Notes under the pieces: generated by a model | Told to the model about the DNA's origin: nothing | The model's database searches: none | Seen by the model: the letters and a program-made list of their open reading frames with translations, nothing else | Position numbers and translations under genes: made by a program | In this document: positions 26,387-42,473 of the stretch, one piece after another | Position numbering within the stretch: position 1 is the stretch's first letter | Layout: each line of letters begins with the position of its first letter | Assembly (NCBI GenBank): GCA_012295275.1 | Contig: CM022671.1 | Coordinates: forward strand, 22,382,001 to 22,446,000 | DNA: 64,000 nt | Direction of reading: 5' to 3' | From: Chrysomallon squamiferum | Lineage: Eukaryota > Animalia > Mollusca

Positions 26387-26754
26387 AAAAAAAAAAAAAA
26401 ACCCAAAACAAAATCAATAATAATAATAAAAAAATAAATAAATCTCTGAAACATTATTACTGATAAAACAAATACAAAAACACTTTATGTCAGTCAACAA
26501 GACAAAATACATTTGATTATAACATATCGGTTTCGTCGTAAGATATTTCATTAAACTACCCGCGTATTAGGTATCACTTATTATTAAACGCTAAGGGATG
26601 TTGTTTTTTTTTGGTGTTATGTCATACAAGTTAATAAATTATAAAGCTGGTGTGTCATACCAAACACAAATACGACTGTTCTAAACAGTATGTAACAGTA
26701 TATGTTAAAAATCATTCTCTGTCTCGCTCTTTGGGTTAAGAAAAAATAAAATAA

Positions 26755-26808
<54 letters not shown>

Positions 26809-27063
26809 TGTGTAAAAGGGCAGCTTGTTAATTAACTATATTTATTTGACGTTTTCTTTATTTTTCGGTTCTTGTTCGATGGTCGTGGGTAGTAATGATA
26901 TTATTACAGGGCATGTGTTGTATATTTTGCTATTTTGAATTTCTTCAATCAAGAATGAGGACTCGTGTTCCTGAATTATTATTGTTTAATTATGAAAATA
27001 TGTAACCTTATTACAGATACATAAATCCATATATACATACATACTTACATACAGACACATAAA

Positions 27064-27215
<152 letters not shown>

Positions 27216-27904
27216 CATATTTACATGCATGTTAATACATACTTATACTCGCATTACATAGATACTTACAAGTAAGCGTGCAAACAGAAACTTTTTAAAA
27301 GAACAATTAAAAAACAAATGAAAAGAGTTTTCGTAAATTGCTGCATTCATCATATCTTCTGAGATATTTTTCGAAGTCCATTATAAAATGTCTCCGATTC
27401 AAAAAACATGTCCCAGACGAGTGTGACTGTTGTTCACGAAGCTTTCAGCTTTATAAAACTTTAATATTTTACCGTTAGTCACAAACTGGAAAAAATGTCA
27501 GGAATTTAAATCATGTCTGTTTCATTGTCCGTCCCCACAATCGAAAAATATTATTTATATTTTCACTTTTATTCTCGTTAAAAGCTTTTTACACAATTCA
27601 GTTAACGTTTGTCGCATTCAGGAACGATAATATCAGTTGATGGTATGAAAGAAACTGCCGACAGAAATTCAAGATATCTTAATATTTTATGAGTTTGAAA
27701 AGAATTTCTCAATTTACAGTTATATTTAAATCCTATAATTTCTGAGGAATGTGAATCGTTAACATCTGTTACTGCAGTTTGAAATTAACGCCAGTAATTG
27801 AAATAATATTTGAGAATAATGAAATTTACCGTCACACATTGACAAAATGAGATATAATTTAATATACGAGAAATAAAATTTAATAAGGGGAGAAAAGATT
27901 AAGA

Positions 27905-27980
27905 TTTAAAATTAAAATTAAAATTAAAATTAAATTTAAAATTAAAATTAAAATTAAATTAAAATTAAAATTAAAATTAA
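27905..27980 (+). repeat. (AAAATT)n hexanucleotide repeat
   Basis: About 12 near-perfect units visible. Confidence 0.92.
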
Positions 27981-28378
27981 TGTTGCTATTGTTGTTGTTG
28001 TTGTTATCATTATTATTTAAATTACTTTTAAAAAATTAAAGTGAAAGTAATTTATATAACAGGACTATAATAGTTTTGTTAAAAATAATCTAAATTATCC
28101 ACATAACTATTTTAAATCAATATAATTTTTAAAAATGCTGCTGCTGTTTTGTTGCTATTATTGTAGTTGTTGTTATTATTAGAATTGTTTTTGCTGTTAT
28201 TATTATTGATGTTGTTATTGTAATTATTATTATTATCAGAATTAATTTTAAAAAAATTAATTTCATTTTAAATTTCACAAAAATAAAACTTTGCAATCTT
28301 TTCATTTCTGTTATTAATATAAACATTTTATTCATTCATTCATTCATTTAAAATTTAATTTATTTTAATAGTTTAATT

Positions 28379-28433
<55 letters not shown>

Positions 28434-28794
28434 TGAAATATCATTATTATTAAAGAAATTAAACATTAATATTTTGTGGGTTTTTTTAGGGGGTTTGTTG
28501 CTGCTAATACTGAATATTTTCATGTTTAGTTTTTCATTTTACTTTATTTTTATTAAATATTTTTTTTTAAGTACTGTAACATTTCACATACGTGTTTGTA
28601 AGCGTGCTCGCACGCGCGCTTTTTGTGTTTAAGACAAAAAATGACAGCCCACCCCAGAAATAAGGTTAATCCCCTAAGTCGTTAACCAATATAACCAGGT
28701 GGTTCGTTGTTTAGAAATTTCTAAGAAGTGAACAGCTACTGAAAAGAAGTATACACAACTCTTAAACAATGGTAATAAAGACATTTACACTCAC

Positions 28795-28942
28795 CTTTGG
28801 CAGATTCATAGAGGTTAAGCTATTTAATCCAGTTGTGAATTTAACAAAAAAAAACAAAAACAAAAACAAAAACCCCACGACACCCGAGTAGATTAGAACT
28901 AGAGATAGGACAGCTCTATTGTCACCGAGTCAGAATCGCGTT
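28795..28942 (-). other. Candidate 148-nt non-coding (UTR-type) exon
   Basis: Minus-strand acceptor AGTTTGTTTTGCCGCAG|AAC (AG 28944-28943) and consensus donor AAG|GTGAGT (28794-28789). The body contains a T-rich tract and is not convincingly coding. Confidence 0.3.
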
Positions 28943-29096
28943 CTGCGGCAAAACAAACTTCTTTCTTTTTTTTTTTTTTTTTGGTTTTTGTTTCGGTAAT
29001 GTTTTTCTAAATCGCGGTTTGTCTGGGCTAAATAAATTTTAAAACAAAATGTTTACTAAGGAGAAGAAGAGAATGTGACAGAGTGAGGAAAGGGGT

Positions 29097-29099
<3 letters not shown>

Positions 29100-29187
<88 letters not shown>
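29100..29187 (+). repeat. (AG)n microsatellite
   Basis: Directly visible. Confidence 0.98.
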
Positions 29188-29189
<2 letters not shown>

Positions 29190-29420
29190 GGATATAAATT
29201 ATTACCACGAAAGTAATCAATAAATAAATAAAATTAATATTAAAATTAAAATTAATAAAAATAATAAAATAAAAATATATGTGAAAATAATTAATTTTAT
29301 ATTGCAGCCTATTCCTAATTAAAAAAAAACTTTAATTTATTTTAACTTTCCAATTCTTAATACTTTCTTTCTTAAATTTTATCTCTTAAATTTTTATAAA
29401 TTTATTCAATCATTCATTCA

Positions 29421-29480
<60 letters not shown>

Positions 29481-30299
29481 TATTATATATTATATATTAT
29501 TATTATTTTGTAGTTGTTTAATACAACTTTATACTTTTTAAATTTCAGTGTTATTTAAAAAAAATTCTTTTAAAAAAATCACTAAAAATAAAAATAATTT
29601 TCATCTTGTTAGCATAAACATTGGTAGCAGTAGCAGTAAATTAGTAATATTAGTATTAGTAATAATTTTAGCTGTAGTACTAGAAATAGTAACAGTTGTA
29701 GTATTAATAGCATCTCTAATACTTTATTTCAGTTGTTGTCATTATTATTGCACGTATTTAGTCTATAACCTTCTTCGAGTTTATTATATTGCATGGATAA
29801 AAAATAAGATGCTGTAAATATTACTTAAAAATACAAAAATACACAAAGACTATCAAGTAATGTAGACTAATACTTAAAAAGTATTTTTTTTAAAAAACAA
29901 TAAAAAAAAAGAAACGAAAAAGAGAAAAGAATAGGAAAACCATTAGCCTACATTAAATGTCTCATTTTCAGCTCTCTAACCTAATCCGACTCGAACCAGC
30001 TGTCTTCTGTACGATATATGACAACAAGGGCTGTGTAATTATAATAAAATAACGCCAGACATTTAGTTCTTTATTATCATTACGATGTATAATGAACATG
30101 AAGTATTGTTATCACCATGGATACACGCCCAACATGGCGGGACTCCCGGCTTGGGCACGTGTTACGATCAATGAATTTTTTTTTTTTTTTTTTAAACTAC
30201 ATTTCTTCTTCTTCTTCTTCTTCTTCTTCTGTCTTGTGTCTAAGAGAAAGTTAAAATAAAAGTGTCGTGAAAATAACCACAGCTGAGATAAATAGTATT

Positions 30300-30391
<92 letters not shown>

Positions 30392-30784
30392 TATTGTTAT
30401 TATTATTATTATTATTTACTTATTTGTTTGTTATACTTTTTATTTATTTTTTTAAAATTATTTATAAATTCTTTTATTTATAAAAATTATCTTCTTTTCA
30501 ACTTAGTCATCACTAATAGTATTACAATAATAAAAAAAAAAGTATGAAACAATTAAATTATCAAATGATATAAAAAGTAAATGCACCATAGTTTTTATTT
30601 GTTGTTGTTATTGTTTATTTTAAATGTTAATACTGATTTTAATATTTGCCTTATTAGATTCAACCGAAAATTATATACATTTTTTTTTATATAGCTAAAT
30701 TAAAGAAACAGATAAATTATTATACCTAAAAATATTAATAATGCAAATAATGCAAATCCAAGCAAAATACAAAAATGTTCAAGT

Positions 30785-30818
<34 letters not shown>

Positions 30819-30983
30819 AACAAAGTTAAAACTACAAAGGTTAAAAATAAAGAATAGAAATAAAAAATACTACAGAAAAAAAGAAGACGAAGAAAAAACA
30901 AATTAACCAACTAACAAATTAAACACAAGAGCGAAAAATGCTCCAAGGGACTACATTCCGTGCGTCTGTACGCGTGGTAAATG

Positions 30984-31056
<73 letters not shown>

Positions 31057-32430
31057 TGTGCCGGTGTTCGTCAGCTAATGTCACATACGTTTGTTCCAAA
31101 CCTATAAAAAATGAAACATGGTCTTCTGTCTATTGTGCTGGTTTTCGTTTTCACGCTGTTGGCGAGGATGGTACGGAGCAGCAGCCGAGCATTCCCAGCC
31201 GGGGAAATGTGTCTGTCGCGACTTCGCACAACTTGATCCTCTGTAAAGCCGTGGTGCTCCTGGTAACGCAAAGCCGAGAGGTGAGGGGCTGTATATTAAT
31301 CAGCCTAAAATGGGTTTTCGCCGGGTCTTCACTGGGGATGTTTTGTTGTGAAGCTGGGTGGATATGAGAAACACTGCGAAGACGTGTTTGAGACAATGAA
31401 CCATAAGAAAGCTGAGGACAAAAACCTCGTTCTGTTGTTGTGAAGGAGAAAAAAAAAAAGATCAAAGACGGACGCAGGATTTGTGGTTCTGGCACCTAGA
31501 ACGAGGTTTCGAGGACAGCAGTCTCAACTGGTCTGTTAATAAGCGGAGCCAAAAAAAAAAAAAATAAAAAAAATAAAGATTAGAGTTCTGGCAGACGTCT
31601 GGATGATTTTCGAGACGACAGAAACAAACAGTAAAACGTTTTGGTGAAGATCCAAGCGGGTAGCACTGGGAAGAATGGGTAGATCTGGCATCAGAAGAAA
31701 AAAAGAAGAAACAAAAAGTGACCCAACAAAAGCCAGGATTGGTATTCGTTAATCCGAGCGCGCCATCCGACCTCGCCTCACGTCTGCTACACGCCAAGCC
31801 AATTGTCGTCTGTTTGCCAAAACGTGATCCAGACTCGCGGCAAACGTGAGCCGCCATTGAAGGACGCACGCGGCCATGTTTGCTCGGCAAGGTAACGCTG
31901 TTTATGTTTGGTATCGTTCAATGAAGCGTCTTCAATGAAGGCCGTCTTGACAACTGCTACACTATCCTTGTAGTCACTTCGATACTTAGTCATTCTCTCT
32001 GTCGCCAAAGCAAATCCCGAGATCTAACGCTAATACGTTACAACTTGTGTTGACCGGGCAGCGAAAGCAAATATTGGGCCGATTATTTGAAGCGGGTATT
32101 CACGGCACTTTGTAAAATATACCCATAATAGTTTCACCTTGTTGCCGATCTGTGTAAAGCAAATCTGGCGTGAAGCAAAAGGAGTCATCAAAGACGTTTT
32201 TATACATTTTTTTTTTTTTTAAATTTAGTTTATTATCATCATAACTATTCCCATACAACTCTGTATTCTTAATACTATGGCTAATGTCACTGCTGCCACT
32301 GCTGTTATTACAACTATTTCCACGACCCCTGTTACTATTACTATTGCTATTACTATAACAACGACAAGAACAGTAACTACTACTATTATAATAATATCAT
32401 GAAAACTATTTATTTTATTATTATTGGTAA

Positions 32431-32465
<35 letters not shown>

Positions 32466-33588
32466 CTATTATTAGTGGTAGTATTAGTGTTACTATTATT
32501 AGCTGTATTATTAATTTACTGCTGTAGCTGCTTCTGTTCCTGTTATTACTAATACTATTACCGCCGTTGATGCTGCTGCTATTATTATTACTTCAATTTG
32601 TTTCGTTAACTATATTTCCGTACAGACTATAATATTTTTTTCCCACTAAAATATGATTATCTCTAATTCTATATTGTTAGTTTCCATCTAATTATATAAA
32701 CATAAAATTCGTGAACAAAGATTTTCCTGTTACCTTCAGTGTTGTATCTATAATTATACATTCTGTTATGCTTGTAGTTCATTTGTTTGTTGATTTTTGT
32801 TATTATTATTATTTTATTTTTTTACACAATTTACAATAATAAATAGTAATATTATTTTTTTTTATAGTAAAATCTACATCCTTTTTAGCTTTCAAGAAAT
32901 ATTGTAATTTTGCATACTGCTATATTATATTTTTTGTTATGTATTTATTTAAATTTTTTTTTTTTCGTTGTTTTACGAACGGTGACGGAAAATCCCGACT
33001 GCTTCCGAAAGTCACCGATGATTGTTATACGAATGACAGTGTTATCAGATTTCAGCAATCCATGATAACGTGGTCTGTAACTTTATCTTACGCTTTCTTA
33101 ACGAATTTGTGTGGCAAAGTGTTTGCAGGTAAACTGATATGACTGCTTGGCAGCCATTGTTATTAAATGTGTGTAGTCAAACGGAATGGAATAATTAAGC
33201 ACGTGATTGATATTTTATTTCTGGCTTAGTCATTTAATACAACAAAACGTAAAACCAACCACCCAACATTCTTATGACGCCACCCACCCATCCACCCGCC
33301 TGAAAGAATGCATGAGGCCACCCACTCATCTATTCTGTCTAAAAATATATATATATATATATTCACCAGGCCATTCCAACTAAACGAATACCCGAGGATT
33401 ATGAAATATTTAATATGCAAGGCATCGTTACTAACGTATGTATGTACATTTAAAATAAGCGCCGTTTAATGAAGTGTGTGTTTTATTTTATTTTCGGATA
33501 ATATGGATGATATAAATATGATTTTTATATCTTCATATATATATATATATATATACATAATTAATTTATTATTGTTGTTATTTTTATT

Positions 33589-33620
<32 letters not shown>

Positions 33621-36600
33621 TTAATTATCTACTGACCTTATCGGAGAAGAGTTTAAATCAGAAGGGTTGAACAATTATTTAACTGCAAACAAATAAAAGA
33701 GGATCGTATCGCGAAAGTTTGTAATCAGTGCCAGAGCGTTCTCTAACTTACATTTACTTGGCTGATGAACTAGTAACTATTTCTTTTAAATTTGTTTCAT
33801 GTACTTCAATAACTTCAACATCAGGTTATATACCTAAAGAAATATTTAAAAACAATAATAATAAAAAAAAAAATAAAAAAATCTCTTAAAAATAATCAGA
33901 TGAAGTTTTGTAACAGTTTTCAATACTCATAAATTTTAAGTCTAAAAAAAGTTTAACAAAATATTTCTCCTTCACTTTACTGAAGTAATCAATGAACCGT
34001 CTGAAACTTTCTTTATTATTCATTTAAACACTTTATTATTGTCCAAAAAGCGTCAGTGTTGTTTTTATTCTTTTAGAAAATGTTAAAAAAAAAAAACGTA
34101 AACTTAGAATTGTCGTAAAAAGCGACTACCGGAGTTTGATCCTGATATCTATTTGTCTATGCGCCATTTATTATTTATTGCTGAATCTAGTTACTTTCTT
34201 TCTGTCTCTTTTTTGTTTTTCTTATTTTTTTTTTTTTGTTTTTTTTGTCTTACGTTTTTCCTGATACTATTGTAGCAAACACATAGTCAGTCTTTCATGG
34301 GTCAATCGAAACCTTTTTTTTTGTTTTGTCGCCAATCGACACAAAACCTGGCGGCCAGATTTGAAACGGACGGAACCGCCACGTTGGTTTTAAAAGAGAC
34401 CTCCAACCCTCCGAGCAAGACCGCCACAAACAATGGCCGTGTTTACAACCGATTTACCACAAACTCCACGCTGGCGACGTTGATACCGTCTTCATAGAAA
34501 CCCTCGACAACCAAATCCCGGCTGCAAGCGGAAATCTGATAGACTGGATTTAAAGGTGGCCACCACCACCTTTGTCGTTGATCAAAAAAAAAACACGTTA
34601 GGCTTCCCCACGGCAGTTAATTAGTTATTGTAACGAGCCGAAAGTGAATTGTTAAATTATTAAGCGAATGGGGGACTTTGGCTCGTATCTGGACTGGTTT
34701 TTTTTTTTTTTTTTTGTCCCCTTGTGATAAAAGTAATGCTGGTTTATTTGCGTCGTAAGTCCTACGCAAACACAGGAGGAAGTTTAAAGTATATTAATAT
34801 GAAATAAAGAGCGGATAAAAATGTCACCGTGCATAATTAATAATTACCTTTGAAACAGCGATAGTTTTAGATTATTTATAGGACTCGGGGATATTTTTAA
34901 AAAAATGCATTGTGAAAATATGTTCATCGATTTTTTTATTTTTTTTGTGTTTTAATTGTTAATTTATTTGGTTTGGCTAATCATTTGTTAAATTATTCGT
35001 CTGTCAGTATTAAGTAAAAAGAAAATGGATGGCGTAAATAAAGTAAATAATTATTTATTTTAAAATGTTTACTCTTATTCTCAAAATCTGTATTTATCTA
35101 TTTGTCTGTCAGTCCGACTGTGTCTTATTATCTATATATCTATCTATCAATATTATTGTACGTCTAAAAATATAAAATAGATGTATACTTATATAACAGT
35201 TAATTTAGTAAGAAAACAAAATAAGTGGATAGCTATACAAATATACACACATATTCACACACAAACAAACATATAATATATACATGCATTCATCCAACCA
35301 TATATCGATACATACATACATACATTGATACATACATACATACATACACATAAACATACATACATGCATGCATAAATCCCTCCACACATGCACACACTCA
35401 CACACACACACACGTTAGGAAAATACACATTTTAAAGTTCCCAGAGCCATCTATACTTCAACAAATGTAATTATTACGTAATTTTCATTATTGTATAACG
35501 CTGTGCTGTGTTATTCTATTAACCCTGCTATGTTGATGTATGAAGTGGGAACAGAACGGTCACCGCTCTGTCTGTGTCGTTGTCGTCGTGCCGAAGTAGC
35601 CATGTTGACATTGTCGTTCCGATGACACCACGATTTCGATTGCAATTAGAGTGGGGCCGGGCCGCACGTTGAGACAAACCGAACCAAACGCGATGACGAT
35701 ACGTTCTGAGCAGCTGGGAACCAGGTCGTGTCACATCAAACTAGGCCTTGTCATTTTTTTTCAATGAGCCACAGATTGTGATCTTTGTTAATCATTAAGT
35801 CAAATCAAGCAGTGACGTAATTTGTTTCATAATCAACACAGTTTTAACATGGGAATGCAGGAAATCGACTTTTCTGAGCTCGTGATGGTGCATATTTCGA
35901 GACTTCGGCGAAGATCGACAAACTCTTGGGTATCAGGTTCACGCGTGCTCCGTTTCAGTGTATGAAAAACGAGATTCGCGAGCGCCGTTTCGATAGAGAA
36001 ACATTATTTTACTTATTATCAGAGGTCATCTACTGCTACATCTTTAACTCGGTGATGGCATCAAACTCTTTTTTTTCTTCCAATCTTAATGGGGAAATTA
36101 AAGCATGCAAATGAATGTGTTGTTATTGTTGAATCTTTACACTGAGACAATTCAACCTCGGACAGAGCCGAACTGTTTGAGGATTTCTCTACATTATTCA
36201 ACTAACTGAGGGTTGGGACGCTATCTGAGATGTAGCAATACTAATGTTCACCTAAATAACTTTGTTTGATAATATTCTAATAAACTTCTAACACATTAAT
36301 CGTATGCTGTGTATGGTCAGATATCAGGGCTTTCAGATACTCCAGTCAGCAGTGGTCAAGTATTTTTGTACAAATTTATTTCAGTCACTCTGAGGTTGTA
36401 TCAGTATAAAACAGTTTTCTTGGAACTCTGTATAAGAGATTCGGTCCGCCACCCGTAACACAATGATTTGTGTATCTCAGCTCTGTGTCAAGATACGACG
36501 TACATATTAAATCCACTGAAAAATTAAAACTGTAGTGGTATTTAAAAATGTTGATATTTTTTTTTTAAAGTAAAATTATTTTTAAATATTTTAAATCTTT

Positions 36601-36832
36601 ACATGATTATTATTAGAATGGCCTTCTTTCAAAAATGAAGCAAATAAAATTAAAATTAAAAAAATTTAGAAACAAACAAACAGACAATTAAATAAATAAA
36701 TAAATAAATATATAAATTTAAAACAGTATTTCAAAGTCACTGTTATTATGTTTTTGTAGTAGTCAGTAAAAAAAAAAAAAAAAAAAAAAATATCCTATTG
36801 AACTTACACCTCATAACTGCAGCAATAAAACA

Positions 36833-36895
36833 GTATCGAGATTTGACCTCACTACTGAACAGTCTTTTGGTCCAGTGTCTTAACCCACTGGTAAA
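36833..36895 (-). mobile_element. Possible degenerate tRNA-derived SINE head
   Basis: Minus strand: CCAGTGGGTTAAGACACTGG (A-box/D-arm-like) then GAGGTCAAATCTC (B-box variant) about 20 nt later. Confidence 0.35.
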
Positions 36896-37902
36896 ACAAA
36901 AAACAATAAACTCAGTGTTTCTGTTTATCGTCGCTAAACTTTGATTAATGTTCGACAGCCTCGTCTACCTGAGAATCCCGGAGCCTGGCACGTGAGAACG
37001 GGGCAGACGGGTGACGCCATTTGTCACGGATCTGTTGACGACTTCTTCCGAAGACAAAGCCGGTGACTGTTCACTTTCTCATGATGCCTGTCAAACATTC
37101 GAACTCCACTCGATAGCCCATCGCAAGTTTTTTTTTTTTTTTTTTTTTTTTTTCTGCGAGTTTGGATGACGGCCAAATTAGTGCCCAAAGTTTTGTACTT
37201 GCCACAGACCCGCTCATCAATGTTTCTTCTTCTTCTTCTTCTTCTTCTTCTGCTTTGTGTTATATTGCCTGATATTGAAACATTTAAAACATTATTGTGG
37301 GTTTTTTTTTTTCTCATAACAGTAACAGATTAGTTGTCGAAGGTTTGGTGTTAAATTAGTTTTCTTCGCGTGGGTCGTTGTAGAACTTTTGCACGAGATT
37401 CTGACAAACAAAATGATTTTGGTGTTTGTTGTTTTCGGCAACGATAAAACATCGGATTAAAAAAAAAAAAAAAAATTTTTAATTATTATTTTATTTTGTT
37501 TTATTGTATTTGTTTATTTGATTGTTTTATTTTATTTTATTTTATTTTATTAATTTATTTTTATTTTTTTTTTATGTTTTATTTATTTAATTTTTTTTTT
37601 TTTTTTGCTTTTTTACTAAATCTGTTTAGTGGTAGTCACATATTGCGGTGGTGTTGCAAAGATTAACGTAAATTTGATCCAGCAAGGATAGATTTATGTT
37701 GTTTTATTAATACGTGCTTTTGAAATCACTTACCCAAATATCATGGTGGAGCAGCGAAAGAGAGCTAGACTGGATAATTTACTAACAGAATACACTGAAC
37801 AAATTCAGATCATTTCACAAGTTTTCTTAAATATTTTTAACAGGAAATTTTCAGAATCATTTCCTTTCTACTTTTATATGTCTATTGCTTTGTCTCTCAG
37901 TT

Positions 37903-37903
<1 letters not shown>

Positions 37904-38000
<97 letters not shown>

Positions 38001-38013
38001 TCTCTCTCTCTCT
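37904..38013 (+). repeat. (CT)n microsatellite
   Basis: Directly visible. Confidence 0.97.
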
Positions 38014-38459
38014 CCCTAACCATTCTTTTGCTACAAAAGTTATTTTCTGATAACCATTCCCACAATACAGGTCAGATGCAATCGGTGAAAAAAGGTCAAG
38101 TACCACACTTTCGCTTCGTCATCGGAGTTCCGCTTTCGCCGACGAGATGTTGATACTGGACCCAATACTTTCACTAATGAGTCTTGTTATAACCATGACA
38201 CTTACTAGCTGTTAATGTTTAATAAGCCACATAGTCGATGCATGGATCACTTATCAAGCCACACTTAAAAGAGGAATTCGGCTTTTAAAATATTTCTTTG
38301 TTCATTATTATTTGATGCCTGTCAGTATTGGTAACGCTATACGCCCTCTTCAAATTTAAATAAACTATATTGATGGCAACTGGAAATAATATGGATAATG
38401 AATCTCGTAATGCACTCGTGTGGCAGGATGCTAGGTTATGAATATATGTGTGCATATGG

Positions 38460-38640
<181 letters not shown>

Positions 38641-39162
38641 TACTCATACATACATATATGCATTGATACATTCGTATTTGGATTCATGAACAGATATAAA
38701 TATAATATCTTTTTATCTTATTTTTGACGAAACAAAAATCAAACTGTTGTTTTATGTTAAATTTTTTTACAAACTTCCCCCTTGCAGATTCAGCTTGTGA
38801 AAACACCCAAAACGAATTTTATGTGGGTCCCTTTTTTGCCCCAATCTGAACTTCATCACGTTAGACAGACGTTTTATTTTTTTTATTATTATTATTTTTG
38901 TTTTGTTCTGGCTTTTACTTCAGACATCCCCGAAGACGTCACCTGCTAATGGACATAGCTGTAATACATGCCTGGGTGATGACTGACTATGTTGTTCTGT
39001 AAATCCCTCCAATTAAAACGGCGTGTCCACACCATCAATCTTCCGCTGCCAGTCCGCAGATGTGACAAGTTTGACAAATATTACAGGACACGTCAGCGCT
39101 GTGTTTTGTTGGATGTCTGTCTTTGAAATAAACCTGTTATGAGCTGCCAAAGTACCAAGCGG

Positions 39163-39214
<52 letters not shown>

Positions 39215-39908
39215 GTTATTGTTATTGTTATTGTTATTATTATCAGTTGTAGTAGTAGTTGTTGTTGTTGTTGTTGCTGTTGTTGTTGCTGTTGTTGTAG
39301 TATAATAGTTGTGATGGTGTTGGTCCCTGCTGCTGTTTGTATTACTGACTTATGATGATGATCATCACCATGATCATTTTCTTCTTTCTTCGTATTCCAT
39401 GTAGGGAACTATATTGAAAACAAAGAGCATTAATACAAAATATAATTTTTATATATAACTTAAATGGTTATAAAACATTTCATTTGATATTTTCATTTTT
39501 ATGTTATAATTATATTACTATGTAAATGATTAATGTGTAAATTACTTGTTAGTTGCACTAGCAAAAACAACATCAACAGAAGCAGCAGTAGCAGTAGAAC
39601 TAGCTATAGTAGTAGTAGTAGTAGTTCGCCTAATTTAAAACTAATTTAAAGTAGTATCATCAGCAGTAAATAAAGATATTGTAATTTGTTGAAAAAACTC
39701 AAATTTTTTATTTTCAAAGTTGGCTGTATATGAAGATTTTGAACTTATAACAGTGGCTAAAATAAAGTTAAAAATAAATAATTCATGAAAAAGCATTGGA
39801 TGACAAAAAACAACTAATTAATTAACTAAATAAATGAATATTAAATAAATAAATTAAAAATAACATGTATCTGTTAATATTGTTCAAAGATTAATAATAA
39901 TGATGACA

Positions 39909-39940
<32 letters not shown>

Positions 39941-40505
39941 AATAATAATAATAATGACAATGATAATGTTAATATTAATGATCATAATGATAAAAAAAAG
40001 TAAAATAATAATAATAACAATAATGATAATGAGAATGATAATACTGGTGAAGATGATGAAGATGATAATAATAATAATAATATAGTATATAAAGACTTAT
40101 AACATTTACTGAATGTTAATAAAAGGATTATCAAAATAAAACCATCGCCTAACGCTAAGTTACGCAGGACTTGTATCAGAAAGTCTTTCAAGTGTTAAAG
40201 CGTCGACATTTATTATACAGGATTCTCATGTAAACTTAGAAAAACTTGGATGCGATTATATTTTTACATTATTTAAGTCGACGTCACAAATATTTCCAGT
40301 TTCAGCTATCTGTCTTAAACGGATGATTTTCAGTTCTAACCCCCAATTTCAATTTTAAAATATGTTTTGTAATTTCTGATATCGAAAAGTGAGTATTTGT
40401 AACAATAAGTTTAATTGTCATGTTCTAATTATTGCAAAGTAAGATTCAAAAAAAAAAAAAAAAAAAAAAAAAAAATAAAATAAAATAAAAAAAATAAAAA
40501 AAATA

Positions 40506-40595
<90 letters not shown>

Positions 40596-40815
40596 CAAAA
40601 GTAAAATCGTATTACAAAGTTGAAACTGTTCGTCTGAATGTATATTTATCTCTTTATACAAGTTTTTATGTTAATAGAAAGAAACTTGAATATGTTCTGA
40701 CAACAAAAGCTACCGTTGACAATAGATTTTATTTCTTTAAACTTTTTTTTTGTATTTATATTATATTCTTTTTATTTATTTATTTATTTTATAATCATCT
40801 TCATCACATGAAATG

Positions 40816-40875
<60 letters not shown>

Positions 40876-42416
40876 TAATACAGAAGTGATGGTTATTATG
40901 TTCATACTGTTATCATTATCATTTTCATCATGACATTTTAACACTGAAAAGATCATAACATATATGTGTGTGTGTGTGTGCGTGCGTGTATGTGTTGTGT
41001 GTGTGTGTGTAACATTTTTTCCTTTTTATTTTTTTTTTTCACTTTTCTTCTCCTCTCTAATTTAACTTTTTTTTGATTCCTATTCACATCTTCATCCGTT
41101 TTTCTACCGCACCGCGTAACGTGTTTCAACTCCTGTTAACACCAAACGATTTCTTTCTGAAATTTCAGGCCATACCTGTAAGCGGCGAAACAAGAGCTCC
41201 GTTCCGATTGGCCACAATTCTGAGATGGAGACGTCGTTCTGACACAGATATGACGAGGCGGCGTTCTCGAGCTTTTCATGTGTCACGCATCCACCCTGCA
41301 CGCTACAGAAATCTCGCTTTGTGCGCCGGCTTTGAGTGGAGGAAAATAATAAAAAAAACGAAATGGAATGGACAATGGACTGGCCGGCGGGTCTTCGAGC
41401 TGCTCTTCCGTGGTTCAGGTAGATTCGTTTTTTTTAAAATTTATTTTAGTTATTAAGTTTGTTTTTGTTTTTTTAAATAATTTATTTAGGCTGTTTTTTG
41501 TTAGAATTTTAAATGCTGAATAATAATAATAATAATAATAATAATGATGATGATGATGATGATGATGATGTAATAAAAAAATGATGATGATGATGATGAT
41601 GATGATAATAATAATAATAATTAAATGAATCAATGATTGAATGAATAAATAAAAACATTTACATTATAAAGTTAAAAAATTTTTTAAGAAAGAAAAGGTT
41701 TTAAAATTATGAGGAAAATTCTTACGTGTTGTAAATACAATGACTGACATATTTCTTCATTACTGCTACTGCTACTACTACTGCTGCTACTACTACTACT
41801 GCTACTACTACTTCGCGTAATAATTAATTATTAGTGATTTTCTTGACAAGATAGTACTAAAGCAATAGAAAACAAAACCACAATGCTAATAACAACAACA
41901 ACGATTGATATTATTATTATTATTATTTCTTTTGTTTAACGATATCACTATTCAAAAGTTATAAAAGCCCTGTCCCCAAGAAGAAAAAAAATACGAGTCT
42001 GGGAAAATATAATTATTTTTTATAATTATGTCATATATTATACGAAAATCAAAATATCGTTAGTTTTACGCAATTATTATTAAAACCAGTATGAGAATAG
42101 TTGAGTGTCGTAATTTCAGTAATTATGTTAATAATTAGATTTATAACATGTTTAAGTCCTCCATATGCACAGATAGATTAAGTTCCATGTTCAGGATGGT
42201 ATTGAAAACTTAGATGTAACATAAGATATAATATATCCTTTTTGTGTTATACTTTAATGATTATAGAAAAAAAAAAAAAAAATCATTTCAGTTTATATGT
42301 TTGATTTTATGTTATAATTATATTAATATACAAAAGATTTCACTTCTATATTTTTGTGTAGATTATAAATCGACAAAATATGTTTGTTTTGGATTATATT
42401 TTACAGGTTGTTGTTG

Positions 42417-42473
<57 letters not shown>

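Noticed and set aside
38100-38150. Hammerhead-like CCGAUGA..GAAA on the minus strand; other CTGANGA words at 7929, 14369, 18529, 26091
   Set aside because: Stems I-III and the GAAA/UH geometry cannot be formed.
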